A DNA stretch of 64,000 bases from Eledone cirrhosa (taxonomy: Eukaryota). Each line of letters starts with the position of its first letter. Position 1 is the stretch's first letter. The stretch lies in the NCBI GenBank assembly GCA_964016885.1, contig OZ024749.1, positions 19,282,001 to 19,346,000 of the forward strand. Direction: 5' to 3'. A program made the translations under genes and the position numbers. Below the pieces are notes generated by a model that made no database searches, was not told the DNA's origin, and saw only the letters and a program-made list of their open reading frames with translations. Positions 53,221 through 64,000 of the stretch are shown one piece after another.

Positions 53221-53403
53221 TGTAAATGTGGTTGGTGTTAGGAAGGGCATCCAGCTGCAGAAACCAAGCCTAAACCAGCCCTGTGTGAACAAGAATGTGA
53301 TCATTGGACCTGGCTTGTCTCCCAACAGGGGCAGCTCATCTAACACATGCTAGTGTGGATGTTAAATGATGATGATGATGATATATTTATATTTTGGTTC
53401 CAG

Positions 53404-53618
53404 CTAGGTGAAGAATTGTACATCCAGCGTGTCGGAAGGGTTAACTACCAGAAGTCTACACCCCACCACCAGCACTTCAACCATCGCTACCTCCTTCACA
53501 GCCATCGTTACTTCAAAGACAAGACAACGATGCCAGCTAATGCAAAATATCTAGAATCTTCTGTTGATGCTCCTCCCTGTCCACTCATTAGGTCCCTTAA
53601 TGATCTAAGGGATTACAG
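53404..53618 (+). CDS. NRDC: Nardilysin-like M16A peptidase exon; probable start ATG at 53530 (MPANAK...IRSLNDLRDYR)
   Basis: cag| acceptor (alternative tag at 53407), AG|gtaaat donor; the I.S.ND.R.YR motif precedes the conserved L.NGL.ALLISD of M16A peptidases. Confidence 0.75.
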
Positions 53619-53829
53619 GTAAATATTGGGAGATTTTCTCATTGTTGTTGTTGTTGTTTTTATATTGTTGCGGTGGTGTTGGTGTTGGTTGTTGATGTGA
53701 TGGCTGTTTATGCTGTTGTGGTTGTTATGATGGTGTTGTGATGGTTGTTGTTGTGGTTGTTGTTATGGTGTATAATATTGTGGTGATGGGTGTCTCCCTC
53801 TCCAGCTCACACTCTCTTTCTCTCTCTCC

Positions 53830-53867
<38 letters not shown>

Positions 53868-54351
53868 TTGTCACTGATCTGTCTAGCTCGTTTGACCACC
53901 AGTATATCAAAATAATCCTGCATCTTCTATGCTGTCTGACAAGAACATGTTTTGGATTATGTCATACATAAGCCTTGCATCTTTGAAATATATATAATAA
54001 AATAGAGATGATCTAAAGTAACTATTTTTTGTTTATTATTATCATCATCATCATCATCATACGTCCGCTTTTCCCTGCTTGCAAGGGTGGTACGGGAACT
54101 GATTCTGGCTTGATTTCTACAGCTGGATGCCCTTCCTAACACCAACCTCATTTACAGTGAATGCTGGCTGCTTTTTTGCAGTGGAATGATAGGGACCCCA
54201 GTCCCTATCATCTCATTTCTACAGCTGAGTAAACTGGAGCAATGTGAAATAAAGTGTCTTGTTCAAGGAAACAACACATCACCCGGTCTGAGAATTGAAC
54301 TCACAACCTTTCGATTGCAAGGCCTATATATATATATATATATATATATAA

Positions 54352-56256
54352 TGATCGAAGTGTGGTAAGGAACCAGGTGGACCATAACGCACCAGAGTAC
54401 TCAATACTTAGGGTAGTAGAGTGGGTAATAGGAAAATGTTCAAGACCCCGATGGCAGAGCTCAAGCCGAATCGACGGCTATTTCTGGGCTAAATTAGATT
54501 TTTAACATGGTAATAAATAGCCGAACTTTTCAAAGGGTAATTTCATATATGGGAAGATTGTAGTTGTCAAAAGGATTAGTCAAAATTTCTTGTAAATGCA
54601 ATTAAATCTTTCATGGCTGGGGGTGGCTGAACTTGCCTGTAGAACAATTAGGGAGTGGGTGGAGCCGGTCAAGCGTTAAAAGTGAATTCTATACAGCAAA
54701 TTCTAAGGAATGTGGAAGAAATTAGGCTAGCTAGAAAGCAGGCGAAAAAAGAATTCTGGAGGAATCTGAGAGTAGGAAGTTATAAAATTAAAAAATAATA
54801 AATAAAAATATTAAAAAATTAAATAAAAAACCAATGAGTCTAAAACAGCTGCTATATTTTTAGCTGGTATTGCGTTTTCAGCCAATGCTATATAGAATTT
54901 ACTGGAGTGGGGGTACTGAGGCTACAAAAGTCCGATGGGCTGCCTCAGAGTGGGCGAAAGAGGGAAGAGGAGAGGGAGTGGAAGGAAGTGAGAAGAAGAG
55001 ATAAAGGGAAAAAAGAAAAGAAGTACATCTACCTATGTATGCTGGGGTTTCCCCTATCTTGTTCGGCAAGTGGAGAAAAGAGGGATGTTACAGCCATTGT
55101 TTACCCACCCGGGTCATGAGGGGGTTTGAGGGCGAGGTAACTGCCCTGGTAGATCTATGTTCCCTCTCAACAACAGATGCCAAGAACGTAACGTGATCTA
55201 CCAATGCAACATGAGGACGGAAAACTTCAACAAAGCCTATATAGGATTAACCGCTTGTGACTTTAAGACCCTGCTCTACCAACACCAACATACGTTCAGA
55301 AACCCGGCCCGGCGACATGCCACTATTCTTTCGGGCCACATCTGGGACCTCCAAGATAATAACATCACATACCATCTTACTTGGAGCTTACTTTCCAAGC
55401 CTAACTCCTACACGGGAGAACGCCGTCCATGTAATTTATGCTTGGAGGAAACATTACAAATACTGTTACGAAGAACCAACGCCTAAACAAAAAAGACAAA
55501 CTTGTAACTGCATGTAAACACCGATTGCGTAGGACTTACCTCGCCCTCAAACCCCCTCATGACCCGGGTGGGTGGAAAATGGCTGCAACATCCCTCTTTT
55601 CCCCACTTGCCGAACAAGATAGGGGAAACCCCAGCATACATAGGTAGATGTACTTCTTGTCTTTTTTCCTTTTATCTCTTCTGCTCACTTCCTTCCACTC
55701 CCTCTTCTCTTCCTTTTTCTTCTTTCGCTTACCCTGAGGCAGCCCATCGGGCTTTTGTAGCTTCAGTACCCCCACTCCAGTAAATTCTATATAGCATTGG
55801 CCGAAAACGCAATACCAGCTAAAAATATAGCAGCTGTTTTAGACTATTTTTTTTTTTTTTTATATTATTTTTATTTATTATTTTTTAATTTTTTAATTTC
55901 AATTTATTAACTTTTTAATCTTTTAATTTTATAACTTCCCACTCTCAGATTCCTCCAGAATTCTTTTTTTGCCTGCTTTCTAGCTAGCCTAATTTCATCC
56001 ACACTCCTTAGAATTTGCTGTATAGAATTCACTTTCAACACTTGACCGGCTCCACCCACCCCAACTGCCATGAAAGACTTAATTGTGTTTACAAGAAATT
56101 CTGACCAATCCTTTTGACAACTACAATCTTCCCATATATGGAATTACTCCTTGAAAAGTTCGGCTATTTATTACCACGCTAAAAATCTAATTTAGTGCAG
56201 AAATAGCCGTCGAAACGGCTTGGGCTCTGCCGTCAGGGTCTTGAACATTTTCCTAT
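54352..56256. mobile_element. Penelope-like element 3' portion with GIY-YIG remnant, flanked by about 715-bp inverted arms
   Basis: 55157-55486 encodes PLNNRCQERNVIYQC...YIGLT..FK...H..TF...LS.HIW.L...W...CNLCLEE (PLE GIY-YIG); 54428-55140 is the reverse complement of 55536-56256; abuts (TA)n on both sides. Confidence 0.9.
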
Positions 56257-56259
56257 ATA

Positions 56260-56612
56260 TGTACAATGTTAATGTACGTGAACGACCAAGCATAGATGAG
56301 TTGAGAGAGAAACTGGGTGTAAGAGGGATAAGTTGTGTGCAGGAGAGAAGACCTCGTTGGTATGGACATGTAATGCGCATGGAGGATGACCGCTGGGTAA
56401 AGAAGTGCCAAGAAATCCCAGTAGAAGGGAGACGCAGTAGAGGAAGACCACGAAAAACATGGGCGGAGGTGGAGAGAGCAGACCTCAGATTGCTGAAGCT
56501 CACAGAGGAGATGACAAAGCACTGTGACAAATGGAGAGATGCTGTGCTGAATAGAACCCGTCCTACCCTTGCAAGCAGGGAAAAGCTAACGTAAAATGAT
56601 GATGATGATGAT
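56260..56612 (+). mobile_element. RTE LINE 3' end with (GAT)n tail
   Basis: ERRPRWYGHVMRMEDDRWVKKCQEI...GRPRKTW, same family as 1954-2166; ends in acgtaaaa(tga)n. Confidence 0.9.
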
Positions 56613-56843
56613 ATGTATAACTTTATCTATGTCTCTCTCCCTCTTTATCAGACCTGTCAACTCTCCCCGTCCGATGAGGAGATCTCCATATTTTGGGGCA
56701 TTTCTTTTCATGGTACTTCTCATTTGGGTTTATAGAGTTTGGCAGGTCTACTTTATATATATATAACTTTATATATATATCCCTCTCTCTCTATATATAT
56801 AACTATATATCTCTCTCTCTGTCTACTCCCCCCGCATATCTAG

Positions 56844-57045
56844 AGTGATCACCCTAAAAAATGGCCTGAAAGCCTTGCTGATATCTGACACCCGAGATGG
56901 TGATGAGTATGCCGAGATGTCATCTTCTAGTGAGACGGAGGGGTCAGACGACTCCGTCTCTGAGACAGAGTCAGAAAATGATGAAGACGCCATCAGTAAC
57001 TACAACCTCCGCAACAAACGTTGCCGTATTGGTAGTAAGAAGAAG
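56844..57045 (+). CDS. NRDC: Nardilysin-like exon with acidic stretch
   Basis: tag|A...AAG|gtaagt; VITLKNGLKALLISD followed by a D/E/S-rich tract (the acidic insertion distinguishes nardilysin from IDE); phase 2 fits 53618. Confidence 0.9.
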
Positions 57046-57352
57046 GTAAGTTTCTATTACACACACGCACGCACGCACGCACACACACACATTAAAATAA
57101 AATTAAAATATACATATATCATCACACCCTCCCACTGCAAAGTGGACGTGTAGGCGCCACGGCAAAAAAAGCACCCAGCACTCACTGTAAATGAGGTTGG
57201 TATTAGGAAGGGCATCCAGCTGTAGAAATCAAGCCAGAATCAGTTCCCGTATGAGCAAGGCATGGTCAGCCGACCGGCTACTTCCCACAACAGGACAACC
57301 AGTCTAACCCATGTTAGCGTGGAAGAACGGACATAAACTGGTGATGATGAGA

Positions 57353-58081
57353 CGAGGGAGCTTCAAAAAGATTGTGGAAAAAGTACATAGCTAAAAATAA
57401 TATGGAGGGATTTTGATCTCAATGCACCTGTATGTTCTCATACTAATGTGTTATAACATGTTCTAACATGAACCTTTAAATGCATGTTGCAACGCGGCGC
57501 CGCCAGTCAGAGGTTAGCACCCGCTCGAGCAGCATAGCCTTCATCAAAACATCAAATTCCTGGTGAAGCTAGGGTGGGTGGAAGAGCAGCCAAATCATTG
57601 ATGCTCTGGAGCAAGTTTATGGGGACAATGCCCCAAAGAATAATGGATAAGTTGTTTTAGAAGTGGAAGGGATGAGGCTGAAGATGTAAAAAGAGCTGCT
57701 TTGACATGGTTTAACCCTTTAATGTTCATTGGCCAAAACCGGCCAGAATTCTTTACCTTTTTCTGTTGAAACTGGTTGTAACTGGTCACTCAAACTGATG
57801 TTAAGGTATTGTTCTCAAAATAAATACTTTCAAAATCTCATAGATTCGATATTGTGTGAGATAAAACATTTACCATGAAAAGATAATAGTATATATAGAG
57901 TAATGTGAATGCTAAAGGGTTAAATCACATGGCCCTCTGTTTTATACAGATGGACTTAAAGGCTGGTATCAACACTTGCAGAAGTGTATTGACCTAGATG
58001 GAGCATATGCTGAAAAATAAACATAACTTAAACTGTGTTTTCCAACTTTCCTTTTCCCACAAACTTTTTGAAGCCCCCTCT
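57353..58081 (+). mobile_element. Internally deleted mariner (Hsmar2/irritans-like) with nested piggyBac-type MITE
   Basis: TIRs cgaggg.gcttcaaaaag.ttgtgg / ccacaaactttttgaagccccctc; transposase ends IKFLVKLGW...IIDALEQVYGDNAPK and DGLKGWYQHLQKCIDLDGAYAEK*. Confidence 0.85.
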
Positions 58082-58116
<35 letters not shown>

Positions 58117-58329
58117 TTACGAGGACCCTCAGCTGTGTCAAAGGCATGACAACCTCTTCTGAGCACTGGATAGAATGTCAGACCGTACACAAGGGAGACA
58201 CATATCTCTGGTTTGCTTGGGAGATCATTGGCTCTGCTTCAGTATGGACTTGATCTATATAGACCCATCCAACCCTTGCTAGCAGGGAAAGTGGACGTTG
58301 AAATGACAATATACACACACACATATATG

Positions 58330-58527
58330 CGATGGTCGACTGGAAAGTTCATAGGCTGACCAAGATACTCTCATGGAGTGACCAAATGAGGTTTATTTTT
58401 CAACATAGTTCCTGGAGAGAAACAATGCAGTTATTAATAATGAGAGTTGAAATTAATGCATGCAAGAATTCACAGCTCTAGCATCACTCTTTCATAGTCA
58501 CCTTATGAACTTTTCAGCCGACCATTG
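58330..58527. mobile_element. Mariner-type MITE
   Basis: About 31-bp imperfect TIRs cgatggtcgactggaaagttcataggctgac / gtcaccttatgaacttttcagccgaccattg, TA on the right. Confidence 0.7.
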
Positions 58528-58659
58528 TACATATACAGTGTATATGGTCTAACTGACACACAAATACACTCACATATATATACATACAGTGTATGGGGTG
58601 TAACTTACACACACACATATATATACATACACAGTATGTGAGGTGTAACTTACACATAA

Positions 58660-58755
<96 letters not shown>

Positions 58756-59779
58756 CATGAGAAGAAAGAATACTGTGTGGTTGCACATGGGTTACATATG
58801 ATAAAATTAGTCCCTCGTCAGTGATTTGCCAACCATCATTGATATTTCATCGCATTAAAAATCATATACCTCAGGTTGGTGCGAGCAATAACTAAAAAAA
58901 GCTATTGGGACAAGTAAATCGCGTAAAGCGAGTGAGACAAGTAAACAACATAGAAGGATGAAAGCAACGCAAAGATGGGAATAAACAAGCAACATGGTTA
59001 TCCGGTCAGCATAAGCTGGATGGATTTCATGAGCGATCAATATACAGACCGTCCGACGTGAGTGAGATGTGAGCAAGAAAAGACCCCACTACTAGCCAAA
59101 TGGGATGAAGTGAGAAGGGGAGAAACAGAGTGAGTGAGTGGAAGTGCGAGGAAGAGGTCAGTCGAGAGAAAGTGTAACTGACAGAGGGGGCGAAAGAAGG
59201 TGAGAGAAACAGAGAGAACGGGGAGGCAGTAAGAGAGAAACAGACAGACGCAGCCGAGGTAAATATGTATAAAAAACATGAGAAGAAAGAAGAATACTGC
59301 ATGGTTGCACATGGGTTACATATGATAAAATTAGTCCCTCGTATATATATATATATATATACATAGTGTATAAGATGTAACTTACACACAAATACACACA
59401 TATATATATACATATGTGAGGTGTGACTTACACACAAATACACACACACATATATATACATACACAGTATGTGAGGTGTAACTTAAACACACACACATAT
59501 ATATATATACAGTGTATAGAGTGTAACTTACACACAAACACACATATATATATATACATACACAGTATGTGAGGGGTAACTTATATACAAACACACACAC
59601 ATATATATATATATACATAGTGTGTGAGGTGTAACTTACGCACAAATACACTCACATATATATACATACACAGTGTATAAAGTGTAACTTATACACAAAC
59701 ACACACACGTACACATATACAGTGTGTGAGGTGTAATTTACATATACATATTGGCATATATATATATATATATATAAAT

Positions 59780-61171
59780 TTCAAGTTATCAATAATGTAG
59801 TGATAATATATCGTCACGTTAGAGATGAACAGCGTACGTGTAGGTTTGCTCAACGAGTATAAATTATATTCCGGAGAAAATGTAGAAAAGATGAATATAA
59901 AATGAAAGTGCTTTTATAAAGGAATTTATTAGGTATTGACATGTTCTGTAACAGACGGAATACCTATGTATCGCTGCTTGCGTAATCATATAATGTTAGC
60001 AAGTATTCGATAGCAAATGTATAATCAGTTGTCACTTCTTCAGAGATATTCGATAAATTGGAAAAAATCAGAAAAATTAAAGTATTTATATTAGTTGTAA
60101 GAAAGGAAGAAGAGAAGGGATAGTATATGACAGATGGCAATTCAATTTGCTGGTAAACAAGTATATAGAAGGTTTTTAATGAGAATACAATGAGTATATG
60201 GCTTATTTTATCTAAATAAGAATTTTTGGGAGTGCCTATTTTAATCTATATTTGACCAATTGAACAATGGACAGGGCTGGTCGTTTAGTGTAGTAGTATT
60301 AATACAGATATAAAGTGTCAAGTAAGGAAGAGAGAGATTTTCACTGCTACTGTATAACAACAATGCTGGTAGCCTGCTGGTATATGCATTAGGGAATTGA
60401 ATTAAGAAATCTCATTTTATCTATAGCAGTTTATATTAAATGGTAAAGAATAGAAGAGTTGATAGAATTAAGACTAATAGAGAATGTTAATATGTATTTT
60501 GACAATCAAACGGAGATGGAGACAGGCGTTCAATCCTGGTAGCGTTTGTAATATGAAAATGTAGATTTCAAGCAATGGTTACAGTATAACGATCGCTCTA
60601 TTCTGATATTTAATCAAATATTTTTGGATTTCATAATACAAAATATTTCCATATTACACAATTTACAAAATTCCTGTCCTTGGAAATATGCAGGGGCAGT
60701 CACCATTATATCCCATTTTAGGTTAAATTGTTGGTTATTTTTGCGCAGCTGCCAAGCCTTGTCTGCAAGTGTTGTTACATAACGCTGGTTTTCATGTTTG
60801 ATCGAGTAACGATGTCTATAAAGGCGAGATTTGAAGGAGGTAGCTGTAGACCCTAACACTATTCGATTTTCATATTCAACCGGCCCTAATTTTGAACAAC
60901 ATATAAAAAAGCTTCACGTAAAACATCAGCTATAACATCACAAAACAACAAACAACATCCCGTCCTGCCTAAGCAACCTCATCAACCCATCCATGGTAAT
61001 ACAACAACGCATAATTATAACTGTAACTGTGTCCAACCAGGAATGTGTCCGTTGAACAATCAGTGTCTTGAATGCAACATCATATACAAATGTACTATCG
61101 AATTGGGTAGCCAGAAGTGGTACTATGTGGAGTCTACAGCTACCTCCTTCAAATCTTGCCTTTATAGACAT
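59780..61171 (-). mobile_element. Penelope-like element 3' portion with inverted 5' segment
   Basis: Minus ORF 60614-60859 (GSTATSFKSRLYRH...W.L...W.I...CKLCNME) plus plus-strand 60856-61171 (CNC...CPLNNQCLECNIIYKC...YVESTATSFK); both are GIY-YIG pieces. Confidence 0.85.
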
Positions 61172-61438
61172 GGAATTTATTGGACATATTACAATCGTTT
61201 CTCTGGCGACCAGCTCGAGGCACGATCGATGTGATGATCAAACCTGACTGTAAATCGCAAGGTCCTTAGATACGTCTTGATTCTACGAAGCAGATTTTCC
61301 TAATGTCCTTTTACATCGATATCCTTCGCCTGTCGGCTTAGATCCTGTTGTTGTCATTCTATGAGTGGTCAAGAATTGTACACATCATCAATATTTCTAG
61401 CCACTCATGGTTGTCCACTATTTGGTTCTTTTATTTCT

Positions 61439-61506
<68 letters not shown>

Positions 61507-62160
61507 CATCATCATCATCATATATATATATATATATAATTACATAATAAACAACACAATATAATTATTTCATTACCGAAGGTTTCTAGAAACAAGATAA
61601 TTCTTGTAAGAAAACATTCACCTCGTTCGTCAGACAAAACAATTATTATGGTATTTATTATGTAATTAAATAGCTCTCTACTATACATAGAGCACTCTTC
61701 TTTACCATTTCTACGGAAATACTTAACACACACACACGCACATCATCATTGTTTAACGTCTATCTTCCACGCTAGCATGGGTTAGACGGGAATTGTCCTA
61801 CTTGAGGCAAGATTGGTCGGGTGACCGTGTCTCGCTTGTATAGGACTTGTATTTACTCAAATATAGTAAAATGTGTTGATGAGCTGCCTCGGATTTTTGC
61901 CCAGTTTTCAGACATAATATGTGGTGGTGAGGAGAGTTCAGCTTATATTTGAGTATATACAGTATATTTTATACACAGTGGCCTAGTAGGAGGTATTAGA
62001 GACAGTGCAGATCCTGGTTAGGAGATACATCTAGGGTATCCTATAAAAAAACTCGTCTAACCCATGCTAGCGTGGAAAAATGAATGTAAGACAATGATGA
62101 TGACAGACATATGCCCACATAGTTTTATGCATATTTGTTAATTGTTGTTGTTGTTTGTAG

Positions 62161-62242
62161 GCTGCTGCTGCTCTCTGTATTGGTGTTGGGGGAATGTCTG
62201 ACCCACCCGACATACAAGGATTGTCTCACTTCCTGGAGCATA
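62161..62242 (+). CDS. NRDC: Nardilysin-like exon with inverted zinc-binding motif HFLEH
   Basis: ttgtag|GCT...A|gtaagt; AAAALCIGVGGMSDPPDIQGLSHFLEH (HxxEH inverzincin; HFLEH is the nardilysin form); gene continues beyond the window. Confidence 0.92.
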
Positions 62243-63079
62243 GTAAGTTCACATCATTATCTACATTGCTGTGGATCAGGCGGTGGATTGGCAGTATCGG
62301 TAGAGGGTCGGACACCATGCTTTGCAGCACAGATTTACGGCCCTTTACGGTCTGAGTTCAAATCCCGCCGAGGTTAACTTTGCCTTTCATCCTTACAGGG
62401 GTCAAGAAAATAAAGTACCAGAAATGTACTGGGGTTGATTTAATCAACTTTCCCCTCTCCCCAAAATTGGTGGCCTTGTCAGATTTAGGCCTTGAACTTG
62501 GCAATAGAGGTTTTCATTGTAGAGAGGGAACTCGTCTGATAATGTGTGCTGTTTCTAGTAGCCCGATCTACTGTAGCTCATATTATTATTATTATTCAAA
62601 TCCCGCCGAGGTTAACTTTGCCTTTCATCCTTACGGGGATCGATAAAATATAGTACCAGTCACGCACTGGGGTCGATTTAAACGACTTTCCCCTCTCCCC
62701 CGAAAATTGCCGGCCTTGTGCTTATAGTTGAAATCATCATTATTATCATTGGCAGTATCGGTAGAGGGTCAGACGCCTTGCCATTCTGAGTTCAAATCCC
62801 GCCGAGGTTAACTTTGCCTTTCATCCTTACGGGGTCGATAAAATAAAGTACCAGTAATACACTGGGATAATTGCTGGCCTTGTGCCAAAAGTAGAAGCAA
62901 TTATTATCTACATTGCTGCCATGTTACATTGCCCTGTCACTAGCATGTCACATGATCTGTCATGCTCTGTCACATTGGTTATGTTACATTGCCTTGTCAC
63001 ATGCTATTTCAATGTAATACCTTCCACCATTCACCTGGTGGAAGGGTTGTATCTATGGCCTTGTTCCAGGGCCTCTCAC

Positions 63080-64000
63080 AGTATATGTGTGTGTGTGTAT
63101 AATATATACATGTATGTGTGTGTATAATATATACGTGTGTGTAGGTATAATATATACATGTATGTGTGTGTGTGTGTGTATAATATATACATGTATGTTT
63201 GTATGTGTATAATATATACATGTATGTATGTGTGTGTGTGTGTATAATATATGCATGTATGTGTGTGTGTGTGTGTATAATATATGCATGTATGTATGTG
63301 TGTGTATGTATAATATATACATGTATGTGTGTGTGTATGTATAATATATACATGTATATGTGTGTGTATAGTATATACATGTATGTGTGTATGTATAATA
63401 TATACATGTATGTGTGTGTGTATGTATAATATATACATGTATGTGTGTGTTGGTGTATGTATAATATATACATGTATGTGTGTGTTGGTGTATGTATAAT
63501 ATATACATGTATGTGTGTGTGTGTGTATGTATAATATATACATGTGTGTGTGTATGTATAATATATACATGTATGTATGTGTGTGTGTATGTATAATATA
63601 TACATGTTTGTATGTGTGTGTATGTATAATATATACATGTATGTATGTGTGTGTGTATGTATAATATATACATGTGTGTGTATAATATATACATGAATGT
63701 GTGTGTATGTATAATATATACATGTATGTGTGTGTGTGTGTATGTATAATATATACATGTATGTGTGTGTGTGTGTATGTATAATATATACATGTATGTG
63801 TGTGTGTGTGTATGTATATATACATGTATGTATGTGTGTGTGTATGTATAATATATACATGTATGTGTGTGTGTGTGTATGTATAATATATACATGTATG
63901 TGTGTGTGTGTGTATGTATAATATATACATGTATGTGTGTGTGTGTGTGTATGTATAATATATACATGTATGTGTGTGTGTGTGTGTATGTATAATATAT
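63080..64000. repeat. (TG)n-gtatgtataatatatacatgta minisatellite
   Basis: About 30-38-bp unit repeated to window end. Confidence 0.95.

Noticed and set aside
51570-53353. Long ORFs (up to 548 aa) on both strands, and a CRISPR-like look
   Set aside because: All are translations of a stop-poor 48-bp tandem unit; there are no unique spacers or cas genes and the DNA is eukaryotic
63009-63967. About 300-aa His/Thr/Tyr/Ile ORFs
   Set aside because: Translations of a TG/TA minisatellite

Overview
AT-rich, microsatellite-laden animal genomic DNA; the repeat make-up (RTE LINEs, RTE-tailed and tRNA-derived SINEs, (TA)n tracts) suggests a cephalopod such as Octopus, which is inference only. Two spliced host genes lie on the + strand. 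One is the 3' part of a CAP-Gly linker gene (CLIP3/CLIP4-like; six exons, 8949-14395). The other is the 5' part of a nardilysin-type M16 metallopeptidase (exons at 53404-53618, 56844-57045 and 62161-62242, with the HFLEH motif). The rest is mostly mobile DNA: RTE, CR1 and Tx1-like LINE remnants, three SINE families, piggyBac/mariner/Tc1-type MITEs, a Helitron-like element and several minisatellites. The most striking signal is a dense set of short Penelope-like-element (PLE) derivatives inserted in (TA)n tracts. Several carry type-I hammerhead ribozyme cores (CUGANGA...GAAA...UH), and many are fold-back palindromes with a ribozyme on each strand and a family-specific fixed fold-back end point. 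Most ORF-track entries are microsatellite or minisatellite artefacts.
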